Below, in pieces: positions 40,101-53,634 of a stretch of DNA of 58,165 nt. Numbering within the stretch: the first letter of the stretch is position 1; each line of letters begins with the position of its first letter. Made by a program: the position numbers and the translations under genes. The notes beneath the pieces were generated by a model. The model ran no database searches. It was not told the origin of the DNA and saw nothing but the letters and a program-made list of their open reading frames with translations. This DNA comes from Girardia tigrina (lineage: Eukaryota), in NCBI GenBank assembly GCA_001938485.1, contig MQRK01202609.1, forward strand, positions 83,691 through 141,855, read 5' to 3'.

Positions 40101-41565
40101 CCAAACACTTATGCCTTCTGAAAACGCTCCATTTAGTATAATTGGGCTCTTTTCTAACCTGGGTTGTCCGATTTCCAACCAAACCTTCTCGCTAATAACT
40201 GAAACACCCGTTCCACTATCCCACAACATTAATACATTGTGATTGTTCAGCTTAACATCGCTCCACCATCTACCATCTGACACCTCTACTATCTCTGCAA
40301 TTCGATTTTTTGGATATTTAATGTCAACTCCACAGATGAAATGCTCACCATGGAGCCTCTGGCATTTAAATCATCTTCATCTTCATATTTATATGATACG
40401 ATATCCAAGTTTTCCTCATTGTATACGTCTTTGATGCATACTACATTAACATTCTTAATATGATTACAGTTTCTGAACCCATGTCCACTTTTTCCACAGA
40501 TTAAACAACGATTATTTAAAGGACAATCTTTCCTCAAATGCCCATGTTTTCCACAGCAATAACAATCCCCTCTGGTTAAATGCTTTTCTTCAGGTGTCGG
40601 AAATATCTTTATTTTGCAATATAACTTCCTTAGTTCGTACCAAGCCGAATGCACCGGGCGATTATATTGTTTTTTATCTTCTGACATTCTAATGGATCAT
40701 TTCTCATTACTTTTATTAAATCTTTCCGATGGTATTCTACGTTCCGTTGTTAATATTAGTTGTCTATCATTTGTTTCATTCACTCGAGCTGTATTTCTTT
40801 TATGTTCAGGATTCTCATATCTTCTAACTTGATGTTTGTCTTTCTTTGCCATTTCTGCATACGATGTTTTGACGGCTAAACCAAACATTTCTTTCTTCTT
40901 TTGATATGTTGTCCTCATAAATCTTAGCTTCCGCTCTCATTTCGTCCACCGATATGTTAGGTTTGAAAACAAATCGATCCTTCAGAACTTGAGATTTTAT
41001 CCGCTTTTTCAACAGTTCATTCAAAATTTCTTCATCGCTGTGTTTCCTAAAATTTCCAATTGTTTTCCGAACCCTTAATTCGAATGTTAAGAATCTTTCA
41101 TTCTCAACTTGATAAATTTGGCTTAGTTTGTCCAATTCTTCCAACAGCGGTACTTTCTTTATAAATGTTTTCTGGAACCAATTTTTGGATTCTACATCTG
41201 ACATTGGTTTCTTACCATATTCTGTTGCATTCCCCCAAAGACTTTTCGCTTCGTCTATCAACAAATAGGTACACATTTCCGAGAATGTTAACCCAAAAAA
41301 TTCTGAGCATTGGCATATGTCTCTATACCATATTTGACCTTCTTCAGAATCCACTCCATTGTACTCCTTCATTTTCTTCTCGAAGGTTTCCCTAAAGATT
41401 GATGACAGTTCTAGTTTAGGAAGCCTCAAAACTTTTATTGGAGTACCAGCGTGGTCACCAGTTAAATCTCCAGGTTTCTCTTCAGGATTCATAATATCAA
41501 CAAGTAGAATTTATTTAATATTTACAATCTTTTTAGAATACTTAAACAAATTAATAATCACAACT
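37145..41565 (-). mobile_element. Full-length but frameshifted Ty3/Gypsy LTR retrotransposon
   Basis: 106-bp LTRs (37145-37250, 41460-41565; 4 differences) with AGTT...AACT termini, 5-bp TSD ctatc, PBS tggtgaccacg and a purine tract. gag with two CCHC knuckles, protease (WDSG), RT (YLDD), RNase H (DTDAS) and integrase, in Gypsy order. Confidence 0.95.
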
Positions 41566-41599
41566 CTATCATTAGTAATGAGAATCAAAGGTCGTCTAA

Positions 41600-43100
41600 A
41601 AACAGAAAAATCATCCTGTGAAATATAATAAGATTTATTCCACCAAAGTCTCAAAAGACCGATAAAATTACTTGATTGTTTTATTGCTTTCTAGTGCAGT
41701 TTTAAAGGGACAGTTTGTCTCTCGAATCTGGTCCTCCTTCCCCTCTTGTTAAGGATACCTGAAAGCTTAAACAATTAGACTCTTTAAAGGAGTTCCAAGA
41801 CTGTAACGCGTGCGAACACTCGCTTGATATAGATCCATTTCACCTAGAGAGTAAAGAATTATGAATAAATCCAAGTTTTAAATCTATAGCTAACACAGAA
41901 AGTAGCCCTAGATTTATGGTAGGGGATTACAAGTCAACCTACTACCTATATACTTTATGGCAACAGTATAGCCATACTTTGGCAAAGTCTTCTACTCTTA
42001 CTTCCTAGTGATAATACATGGATGTACAGTGATCATTCTGGGATCCAATCGCATTCAATGGTATTAAACCGTAGGCTTTTTAAAGGGTTTACCTATACTT
42101 AAGAAACTTAACACCTACTGATAGATCTCTTACCAGAACGAGCTCTCTATGGCCCCCCTGCTAAAAAAGACATATTCTGCCATATAATCAAGTCACATCT
42201 ATTTTTAGGTACTCCGATATGGGTTGCTTTTTTCAGAAACTGATCTTCGTGCAATTTCACTTTTATTTTTGAAAATATGTTGACAATACATTTTCCTTGT
42301 TCTTCGAGAACATGGAATGGGAGCCACCTAAAAATTATATCCATAGGGTGAGATAAACTGATACTGATTGTATTCATTTTTATTTTGTTCCTCTTGACAA
42401 TATTCAGTGAAGTTCTTGTACATATGTTGAGGAATGCTTTGACTTTATTATCAATGCTTTCGTGATATGCCAGTCCCTGACCCGTAATATATTATGTGTA
42501 AAATGCAACTTTCTATAAGGGCTTTTTTTGTTTCTGGATGTTATTTTGTCTAGTTTAAGAAGTGGTGCGAGCTCTCTGTTTTTCAATTTGCCTTTTGTAT
42601 TTTCATTCCTATGTTCCCATACTAGTGTCATCTTTTTCAAATAAAAATCATAAGTAGTTGAATTCGCTCATCCATTCTATATCAACACCGATAATTCTTC
42701 CTGTAGTGGTGATTCTGTTGCTTTTAGATTAATTATGTTTGTTTTATTTACATTGATTTCCAGGCCATAGAATTCAACACCTCATTCAGTATTGAGAAGT
42801 TAAGTGTAGGGTGGTGGAAGTCTTCATTAATTAAGCAAAGATTGTCTACATACGCCCTTATTGATCTTCTATGAGACATAATTGTCAGTTTTAAGTCTTA
42901 CTCCACCTTTCATTCCTTGATACTGTCAACTTCAGAGCTCTGTCGAATACTGCATTAAACAGTATATGACCAAGTACGCTGCCTTTTACACTCCTTTTTT
43001 CATGGTAAAAGAGTTTTCTCCGATTGATCCTACGAAATTCTCATGGAACTTCTTTATAATTTCCAGAATTCTCCTGAAAATCATAATTTTCTCTACTGCT
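41600..43100 (-). mobile_element. Degenerate non-LTR retrotransposon (RT remnant)
   Basis: Reverse-strand relics KKGV..GSVLG..LFNAV and AYVDNLCLI (YADD-like); many stops and frameshifts; boundaries approximate. Confidence 0.6.
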
Positions 43101-44419
43101 GCGATTCTTGTGCGAGTTTGGAAACCCATGAAAATTAAATTTAAAAACCAGATTAGTTCACAGTCCACAAAACATTTTCAATCTATTTGAGAGGAAATTT
43201 TGCACTTTGGGTGTCATTGAAAGCACTTAAGCACTAGCTATATTTTTATAAATATTGTTTTTTTAAATGTTCTATATCCTTCAGAATATGTTAACTTAAT
43301 TATTTGTTCGTTCTCATCAAGTTTGTTTTCTTTTTGTAAATCCTTCTTTCTGTTCTTTTCCGTCGATTCTCAATGATTTATTCTGAATGCTCCAACACAA
43401 CAATATCACAGAAGAGAGATTTAGATACTCATAAAAAGAACATAAATACTTATTAAGTTTTAAACAAATATTTACGACGTCAAATAATCTTATCACTCGT
43501 GATATTTAATATTTAAAAAGTTATAACTAAAATTTTAAAATCGATTGAATACAAGTTTTTAGAAATAACAATCATTAAAATAATTTTTAAGTATAATTGA
43601 AGCAATTAAATAGATCAATTCAAATTTTTAAAATACAATCATTAAAATTAATTTAATTGTGAAAAATGGAAATCTTTATTCGAATAACTATTTTAAAACG
43701 ATTCATTATAAAATATTATCAATTTAGCTTAATGTCAATAGACGAAAGTTTTGTTGTGAGTTGTCGTACAGACAATTTGAAATGTGATATTATAATTACA
43801 TTGTAAATCATATTTGTGTTCTTAACTTTAAAATTAAAGGTTATAGTTTATTTTCTGGTTAAAGAATACAAAAACATAGTTTGGTATTAATTTTGTGTAA
43901 AATATATTTACATTATTAGAAAGTCCATTAATTAGTGCTTATACGAAAAAATTATATTGTAGGTATAATGAAAGTAACAAAAACTTGAATGTTATTTTAA
44001 AAAAGAAAAGTTATTTATTTTATGTTTGTGGTACCGACTGCTGAAACGAGTGGCGGAAACCAGCACCTCTTAATTGTGCTGGAAATTGTCGCTGGCGGAC
44101 ATGATCGGTCGGTCCCAGTATCCAACGGTCAATACGCAGGCGCGCGTCGGCGCCGCAAACGACCCACAGCGGCTTGCCGAAGTGTGTCGGTCCTGTCGGC
44201 GGCGTCGCATCGGTCGGTGGTCCACTCGATGCGTCCAAGTGGGTTGTCCGGATGCCGATTCTCTGAACAATGTGGCGGCAGCTCTGGTCCACTCGATTTC
44301 ATTCGATTACAATTTAAAAAATTAAAAAAGTAAGAAATCGGAAGAATTTATTTTCAACGACATTTTTACCACATTTGAATTTCCCACGTTTAAATAATTT
44401 TAATTTAATTTACAGGGTT

Positions 44420-45672
44420 ATTAATAAATATAATCCTTTTATTAAAAAATATATATCCCTTATTCATAAATATAAATCCTTTATTGATAAATATAAACTC
44501 TATAAAAACAAATAAATGCCTTTGAAATTATATACTTTTAATAAAATACAATATATATTTAATTTATTTTTTAAATTATAGTTTAAATATAATCCTAAAT
44601 GAACGAAGAACAGCCAAATGATATTGCAATCCGAACCAGAAAACCACGAGTTAGAATTACAATCGACATGCTGAACACCTTCGTGAGAATGTTAAACAGT
44701 GGGGATTCGTCTCGTGATATTGCGACACGGTTGAATTTATCACCTTCAACCGTTAAAAATTTAAAATTTAAAATTCACGAATGTGAAGAAAACGGTATAC
44801 CTTTGGATATCTTGATCAAGAAACCCGGGCGAAAACCACTCAAAAACAACGAGACACTGCCGAAATTAGCAGAAATAGTGCTCGATGATTGCACTCTTAC
44901 GCAAATTGGGATGAAAAAAAAACTCGAGGAACAAAATATTTATGTTTCACAGCCCACAACTTCTCTTTACTTAAGGAAGTTGAATTACTCGCGAAAAAGA
45001 CTAAAGAAGGTGAGTTTTAATGCAAATTCAGTTGAAAATGAAATGAGAAGGCGTGTGTATGCAAGACAGATCTATTCATTGAGAAATAGAACTCTGTTGT
45101 TTCTTGATGAAACGGGGTTTAACTTGCATACATCTATCCACTATGGATATTCACCGATCAATGTTCATCAAATGATTTCTGCAGAAATTGCATAAAATTT
45201 TCTCCATAAGAGGCACCTTCAACAAGATTATAAGATAAAATGTTTCTAATGGAAATTAATGCAATTAAAGACAAGTTTTTACCGCGGTTACCCGGTATGT
45301 TTTTCGCAGCATCAGAATTGATCGGTTGATTTTTTAACGGTTGAAGGTGATAAATTCAACCGTGTCGCAATATCACGAGACGAATCCCCATTGTTTAACA
45401 TTCTCACGAAGGTGTTCAACATGTCGATTGTAATTCTAACTCGTGGTTTTCTGGTTCGGATTGCAATATTATTTGGCTGTTCTTCGTTCATTTAGGATTA
45501 TATTTAAACTATAATTTAACAAATAAATTAAATATATATTGTATTTTTTTAAAAGTATATAATTTCAAATGCATTTATTTGTTTTTATAGAGAGTTTATA
45601 TTTATTAATAAAGGATATTTATTTATTAATAAAGGATATATATTTACTAATAAAGGATATATATTTATTAAT
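44420..45672 (+). mobile_element. IS630/Tc1-like transposase remnant with inverted duplication of its 5' part
   Basis: ORF 44599-45195 has HTH regions, PGRK, YSRKRL and LFLDETGFN (first catalytic D), then is truncated. ~44420-44760 recurs inverted at ~45331-45672, where the Gypsy LTR interrupts it. Confidence 0.85.
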
Positions 45673-48600
45673 TGTAAGGATAAATAACTATATTTATATC
45701 TATATTATTTTTACTATACTAAGATAACATTTACAATATTATAATAATGAATCTAAAATATTCTGAATTAAGTCTCTTGATGATTTGTATTTAAATAAAC
45801 AAAAACGCGCACTTTTTTAAATAAGAATAAATTTTGCAATTTATTTTGACTTTTTAATTATCGATGAAAAATTCTTACATGGCGACCACAGCCAGTGTTA
45901 TAGGCAATCTGGCTCAAAAAGTTACGATGGATCACAGGATATTGAAGATTTTATATCCAAATGTCGAAGATTTTTTAAAGTCGCCCAAATCAATGAAGCC
46001 ATCCAAGCAACAATGGTCAAGGCATTCATAAATAGAGATATGCTTGCCACTTACGAAGCGGTGTATTACACAATCTCAGATTTCTCCGACAGATTGCGGA
46101 AGGCGTTTAAACATTCGTCATCGTTAATACAAGACCTCAATTAACTGTTGAAAATGAACAGATTCAGCAACAGTATACTGTAACAGAATAGATAAGATGG
46201 TGGACAAGATCCTGTTGCACAAATGGAACAAACAGGAGCTAATGACATATTCTTTGACCCATTATGTTGAAGATGTGTCAGTGAAGACACAAATCTACAT
46301 GCAAGAAGCAAAAGCACCCGAATCCATCAAAGCTGTAATCGAGAAAATGGAAAATATTAAGGCCGAAGTCAATATTAACGAAGTTGACCAAATACAACGA
46401 CAGAAAACGTTCGCTAATGTATTAAAGGATAGATCGAATTATGTCAATCAGCCAAGATTCCAACAGACAAGGATGTCTCGACCAGACTTCACAAAAAGAA
46501 ATGAAACGACAAACAAAATGAATCATCGACAATATAGTGGACACGACTGTAAATTTTTTGAATATTTTAATTGTAGGAAACCCGGACACATGAAACGGGA
46601 ATGTTCAGAAAATATCAAAGTATGTTATGGGTGCCGAGGTAAAGGACATATTCGGAGAGAATGCCCGTACCTTAAATGTTCAAATTGCAACGCTCCAGGT
46701 CATTTATAGTACCAGGGTTATAAACAAGAAGCACTGAATGTACATCGAGATCAGAAATGATGGCAACCCAACCGATATAAAGCACCAGTCGCTGGAATCG
46801 ATGAAATGGATGAAACAAACAGATGCAAAGCTGACAGATTGGTAAACTCGGAGGCTCTGTCAAGTCAAGAGATGATATGAGCCATAAATTAAAAAGTAAG
46901 AATGTTTTGGATCCAAGCATTTGTAATATTAGTAACTGTAAATGTAATTTTAATTATAATAATTTTAATGATAATAAATTGCATAATAATTATAGTATAT
47001 GTCGTTTTAATAATAATAATTATTATTATAAAGATATAATGCCCAATGGGGAGAATTTTAACGATAATATAGTTCAAGAGCGCACGATATTTAAATTTTA
47101 AATTTGTTCGAGTGAGAAACTAGACTATTTAAAGTTTAATGGAAGACCCAGTATTAAAGCTAGGATGGACGGAATAGAGATGAATTGTTTATTGGACACT
47201 GGTGCTCGTATTAATGTACTGGACAAGAAAATTGCTGAAAAATTACAGGTTAGAATAAATAGGAATGTTATATCGTCAGTGGTGTGTGCCAACGGAAGTG
47301 GAATGACAATACTAGTACATGTAATATTATAATATTTATGGAGATAGTATGGAGAAATAAGAAAGTGAACCAGTTATTTTATGTTTCAGAAACAGTGTTC
47401 CCATCAATTATTTTCGGAATAACCTTGATAAGAGCTATCGGGTTGGAATTGAAATGGAATTTAGAGGTAATAAATGGAAATGATAAAAATATAATTGAAA
47501 CCGATAGAGAAGTATATGCTCTAAATCAGTATATAGATAAATTGAAATATATAGATGAAATGAGAATTTTAAATGCTAAAGAAAAATTAAATTTAAATGA
47601 GGATAGCAAACTATACACATGTATTAAAAAATTTAAAAATACTTTTATGGCTGGAGGATGGGACATTGGTAAGACATCACTAGTAAAACATCGAATTAAG
47701 ACATCAGGGCAACCAATTCTACAGAAACCGCGTAGACAACCAACTCATTTAGAAAGTCATATAGATGATGCTGTTCGTAATTTGGAACGACACGGGATAA
47801 TAGACAAATGCTCATCCCCATGGAACACACCGATGGTGTGTGTTTGGAAAAAAGAAAAGAAGGAAATTCGTTTATGTTTGGATTTCAGGTTGCTGAATCA
47901 AGTGACAGAGAGGCCGGCCTTTCCTATAACAAACATCGATGAAATGTTAGATTCATTAAGAGGAATGAAATGGTTCAGTTCCATTGACCTAGGAAATGCC
48001 TACTATCAAATAGAATTAGAAGATTCTTCAAAGTTGAAAACAGCATTTTCAACTAAAATGGGACAGTATTACTTCACAACACTGCCGTTTGGCATTGCAG
48101 CTGCACCAGCAACATTTCAGAAGTTTATGACGGATGTTTTGAAAGAAAGACTGATCCAGGCAAAATAAAATCGATAGTGGAATTCGAACAACCAAAATGT
48201 ATAAAGAAATTGCGAAGTTTCTTGGGACTATGTAATTATTATAGGAAGTTTATACAAAATTATTCAAAATTATCAAAACTATTGGAAGAAATGTGTGGAA
48301 GTTCGAAAGACATGGTGCATTGATCAGATTCACACTCAGGGGCATTTAAAAAACTAAAGGAAGCACTAATATCGGCCCCAATACTTTGTTATCCTGATTT
48401 TGGGAAAGAATTTATATTAGACACTGATGCTTCTTTTGATACGATAGGATCAGTGTTATCCCAAAGGAATGAGAAAGGTGAAGAACAGGTGATTGCATAC
48501 GGATCTAAGTCAATGACAAAACATGAGATTGGATATTGCATTACCAGAAAAGAGCTTTTAGCAATTTTTCATTTCACGCAATACTTTAAACACTACTTGT

Positions 48601-49420
48601 ATGGCGCAAAATTTAAATTAAGAACCGATCATAAGGCAATTGAATTTATGATGACGAAGAAAAAGCCGATTACCCCTCAGTTTCAAAATTGGATGAATTT
48701 TCTGAGCAGTTTGGATATGATCTTAGAATATCGTAAAGAGGAAATTCACAAAATTGCAGATGCGTTGTCACGGAAAGACTGTATGGTATGTTCACAGTGT
48801 ATGATACAACATGAACAAGCAAAATCGACTAAACCGAGAACACGAATTCTAGCGATGAATTAGGACGCATTGTCAATTCCATGGCAACAAAATAGTAAAG
48901 AAATCTGTGAAATAATGAAACAAATAGAAGAAGGAAAGGGGACAAAATTTAAACAAAACGATTGATGTATAAGAACTTTTAATAACAAGATTTGGATTCC
49001 GAAGGAAACAAAGAACGATTGTATTTTATTTTTCCATAAATTTTTTTTTCATGCGGAAGATAATAAAACGTACACATTCATGAGAGAAGAATATGACATG
49101 GAGGAGTTTTGAAAAATGTGCACCGTGTCAAACATCTAAAACTTATACGGGAATAACAAAAGAAAACACAATGAACTTGATTTCAAAACGACCATTTGAC
49201 GATATTTACATGGATTATTGTGGACCTATGCCAGTCATAAATGGAAAAAAAATATTTTGGGTATAATAGACAGATTTAGTAGGTATGTTAGTCTCACAGC
49301 AGTAAATAACCAAGACAAGATGACAACAATACAGACCATACAACACCAATGGATATTTAGGTTTGGAGCTCCTGCATGTATCCACGTGGACCATGGAAAA
49401 GTATTCGAATCGATTGCCTA
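45673..49420 (+). mobile_element. 3'-truncated Ty3/Gypsy LTR retrotransposon
   Basis: 5' LTR tgtaag...cttaca (45673-45879), PBS tggcgaccac, gag with CCHC knuckles, protease LLDTGA, RT with an internal deletion, RNase H, partial integrase; no 3' LTR seen. Confidence 0.92.
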
Positions 49421-49894
49421 AAAAAATTAACAACAACTGCGCTACACCGTAATTTGGCTAGAGAATGTCTTACTACATAGTGGTAATTAATAGGTCATAA
49501 TTTTATCTTTTTAAGTTTTTAATATAAGCAAAGCTTTATTCATGATGGTCGTACTGAAGGTCTTTTGAGAGATGAAAAAGAAGAAAAAGCTCTTACACAT
49601 TGTAGTAAAATTTCTATAAGTAATTGAAAGTGGCTAATTAATATATATTTTTTAAATTTTAGTATGTAATCAAAGAAATTTCCAGTTTGTTTACATTGTC
49701 TATTTGTTCATCATACTTTGGAAATTTTTAAGAAAATATTTATTGAATTAATAAAATTAGAGTAAATTTTTATCTCAAATTATAAAAATGGGAAAAAAAT
49801 ATTTTTTTATTTTATATTTGTTAATTAAAATGGAAATATATATTTTTTTACTTTATATTTTTGTATAATTATTTATAATTAATTTATTTATTAG

Positions 49895-49965
49895 AATGCC
49901 GGTGATTCACAAAATTTGGGAAAACCAGTTTATTATCCGAGCTTCCGCTTCTCGGACAAAACTTT
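49895..49965 (+). CDS. ATP1B: Na+/K+-ATPase beta paralog A, exon 5
   Basis: ttag|AAT...TT|gtaggt; encodes NAGDSQNLGKPVYYPSFRFSDKT; 71 nt, the same length as exon 5 of the paralog. Confidence 0.92.
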
Positions 49966-52228
49966 GTAGGTGTCTTTAATAATCAAGATTTATAAATTGT
50001 TTATTGAAAATTTATTTTATAGTTTTAATATTGAATCTTTTTTTATTAATTAAAAATGATTGAAGTGTTTTTTTATAAATCAAAGAACTAGTACGCATGG
50101 ACCATGTGGCATGAGAGGGTTGAATTCAGTTTATTTATTTTTAATTAGTAATCCCTATTTTGAATAAAGAAACCTTCTGAATTATTCGACTTACTGCAAA
50201 GAACATAAAGTTATAAACTCATGTACCAAATCAAGTAACTGAGATGAAATCTTTGTTCAATATATGGATAAAATCGACATTCGTGAATATATATTCTGAA
50301 ATATACATTCTGGTAGGGATCCCTGGGTAGTGGGAAAATTACTGTAAATATCCTCCTCGTTTTTGGATTTGAAATTCCAATGAAACTTAAACAACCACAT
50401 AAAAACTGTTTAACGAATGTCTGGTGTCATCGGATAAAGATGTTTAAAACTAGAATCGATATTTTGAGCAGCACCGATCTTTTGACAAATATACTTCAAT
50501 TTTTTATTGATATGATTATAACGTTCTGGAATTAAATCAACGATCGATTAACAAGTTTCTGTCTCTTGCATTTGTAATAATTTGTTTATAAGAAAAAAGT
50601 CTAATAAGACTTGGATATTTCCTTGTTTAATTTCGCTGATAAATCACGGTTCCAAATTATACTCCATTAAATTGCTAATATAAAATGAATCGGTATTTTT
50701 ATTGTTACAATTTATCATCGGCTCCTTTAGCAAATTATTCGGCAACAATTTACTCCGACAAAGCTTTTCTCATAAAAATTTTATTTCATAAAATTTTTAA
50801 TTTTATTCAAATAAAAATTCTTTACAATCAAAAATGTCATTTGTTAGGGTTTTTTTCTGGTGACCTGTATATTTTTAAATATTTAAATTAAAAATCATTA
50901 TTAGTGGTTCTTGGAACATCATCGGAATTATTAGTAGCAGACATTAAAACTTTTATTATACAACAGAAAACATGTTGAAATCTAATATTTATGCAAACTT
51001 ATTATTTTTTTTGAGAAACTATTTGTTTTATAAATCTTAAACCGATATAGATAAAAATAATTATAAATAATTCATATTTGATTATTTCATTACTTCTATA
51101 AATATATTTTAAATTACGATAACACTTTAAAATATTTAATCGTTACATTTAATTTTATTACTTTTTTAAAATCGTTTCACATAAAAATTATAAACTTTTT
51201 TTTACTTTTTATATTGTATTAAAACACTCAAAAAAATTTTATTAGCAATTTAATTGATCTTCTTAATTTTAGTAATTTTATTTTTTTCAAACGTTACATA
51301 TTTAATTATATAAAAATTTTAATTTGTACATATTTAATATAACCTTCTTTCAAAAATTTACCTAACATTTTTAATTCCTAACAATCATATTTATAGTTGA
51401 GATAAGTTAAAATAATATTTTACTAATTAAAATGAAATACTCTTTTATAAAAAATTAGGTTTAAAAAAATCACAATTAAAATAACTGTTTAGGATTAAAA
51501 AGAAAACTGTAAAGAAGATTTTGATAAATCTTGTAATTTTTTTTAAAATAAAATCATTTGTATATCATTAATTAATATATTCATATTTGGTGAGGCGACT
51601 TTACCACGGGCGAATTTACCGCAGAAAATTTACAACAAAATTGTCAATAAGTGAACAATTTCATTTAACATATGAATAAAATTTTTTAATTATGCAATGA
51701 TAAAACAATGAATCATACAAAGGTTTTAATTTTAAAACATAAAGGGATAGAAAATTTCAGATCCACATGACATTTAATTATTCTTTTTATTATAAAAAAT
51801 AAACAAACAACATACGAAAAATTAGTAAATTCCAAATTTAAAAAATTCAAATAACATTCTAGAACAAATGAATAACACACGAAAAAATGTAATGTGTAAA
51901 TAGAAGAAAGGTACAAAAACATTAAACTGATATATTAAATTAATGGAATAGTAAATATATACAATCACAAAACATTGCTGGTAATACGATATTATGTATA
52001 ATAAAGACAAAGTACATCTGTACAGCTATTTTGAAGTCCTTATAACAATGTACTGATTTCAATTCGTTATTTTATCACAAAGTTAACTTTTTTTCAGTTC
52101 CATTTATAAAATTTACGATTTACTTATCGAAACAATAATTTTCTAGTAAATTTTCTTTTTAGATGTATTTGTCATTTGAAATTGTTTTTCTATGTTATGC
52201 TATTTGAATTAATATTTTTATTTTTCAG

Positions 52229-52409
52229 TGGAATTATTTCAAGCAAGTTCTTTCCCTTCATCAACAAAGAAAGTTATGCAAGTCCGATCGTTGCGGTACA
52301 GTTTCCCAACATGACAAGAAATGTGGCGATTTTGGTTCAATGTTCCCTGAGAAATCTTAAAAATGTTTACAAACCAGTCAAATTCGAAATCATGTTAACC
52401 GAACGATAA
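52229..52409 (+). CDS. ATP1B: Na+/K+-ATPase beta paralog A, exon 6 (last)
   Basis: tttcag|T GGA...TAA; encodes GIISSKFFPFINKESYASPIVAVQFPNMTRNVAILVQC...VKFEIMLTER*, with the FP(F/Y), Y.SP.VAVQF and terminal V.F motifs. Total CDS 891 nt (296 aa) with six ectodomain Cys. Confidence 0.93.
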
Positions 52410-52805
52410 AACAATCCATTCCGCTGTCACTTCGGCCATAGAAACCTTAAAAACAATATTTAATGACGTTTTAAATAAATTTCTGTTTAATTTGTTTTAA
52501 CCATTTGTTTTAATCTTGATTTCGTCAAATAATAACAATAATAATAGTATTATTATTATTATTATTATAGTCAGATTTGCGACTCATAATTATAATAATA
52601 ATCAAGTATATATGATTAAAGAAAAAATTAGATCATCGAGAAAGTAACGATGTCTAAAAAATGAACTAAATCAACCCTCATTCGCCAAAATGAGGAACTA
52701 TACAATATTGAATTGAAAGCATAGCTAGAAGGATTTGTGAGGTTTTTTGTTAGGCAGTGCCTTTTTTGTTCTTGATTTTTTCTTAGAAATTTCAGATTGT
52801 ATTTT

Positions 52806-52828
52806 TCCATTCTTTTTATTAACGCACT

Positions 52829-52872
<44 letters not shown>

Positions 52873-53634
52873 AGTGTGTGTTTATCCATGAAATTTAGAA
52901 ACATGTTTTTGAAGGCCTTTTACTCAATCGATTTTCTTCAAACTTTGCAGTTACTCATTCTCGATGACAATAAATGATTGTGTAAAAATTTGATCGAAAA
53001 AATCTTTTTAAGATCCTAAAGTGGGAACAAACCGGAAAATTTGGAATTCCCGAAAAATATTAATTGCAAGATATCTATTTATAAATTATAAATAGTTTAT
53101 ATTGATTTTTATTGTTTTTTAATCAAACTTTTTTAAATATAAAATTTTTAAATTTTAAAAACTTTGTTGGCAAAGTAGAGTTTTGTCTGCATAAAGAATG
53201 GATATAAAAAATTTAATTTTTTGATTTACTAGTTCCATTCTTTTTATTAACTTACTTTTTATATATGTATAATATATATGTATATATGTATCCATGGAAT
53301 TTAGAAATCTCTTTTTGAAGGCTTTCTACTCAATAGATTTTCTTCAAACTTTGTACACTTACTCATTCTCGATGACAATAAATGATTATGTAAAAATTTG
53401 ATCGAAAAAATCTTTTTAAGATCCCGAAATGGGAAAAAAACGGAAAATTCGGAGTTATCGAAAAATATTAACTACAAGATATCTATTTATAAATTATAAG
53501 TAGTTTATATTATTTTTTAATGTTTTTTTCAATTGAAATTTTTTAAATTTTTAAATTTTAAAACCTTAGTTGGCAAAGTAGAGTTCTGTCTGTATAACAA
53601 ATAGATATAAAAAATTTAATTTTTGATTTAGTAG
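52806..53634 (+). mobile_element. Head-to-tail dimer of a Helitron-like non-autonomous element
   Basis: Two ~400-430-bp direct copies, each starting TC, with a (TA)n tract, a subterminal hairpin ggcaaagtagagtt.tgtc and a CTAG/GTAG end. Confidence 0.7.
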
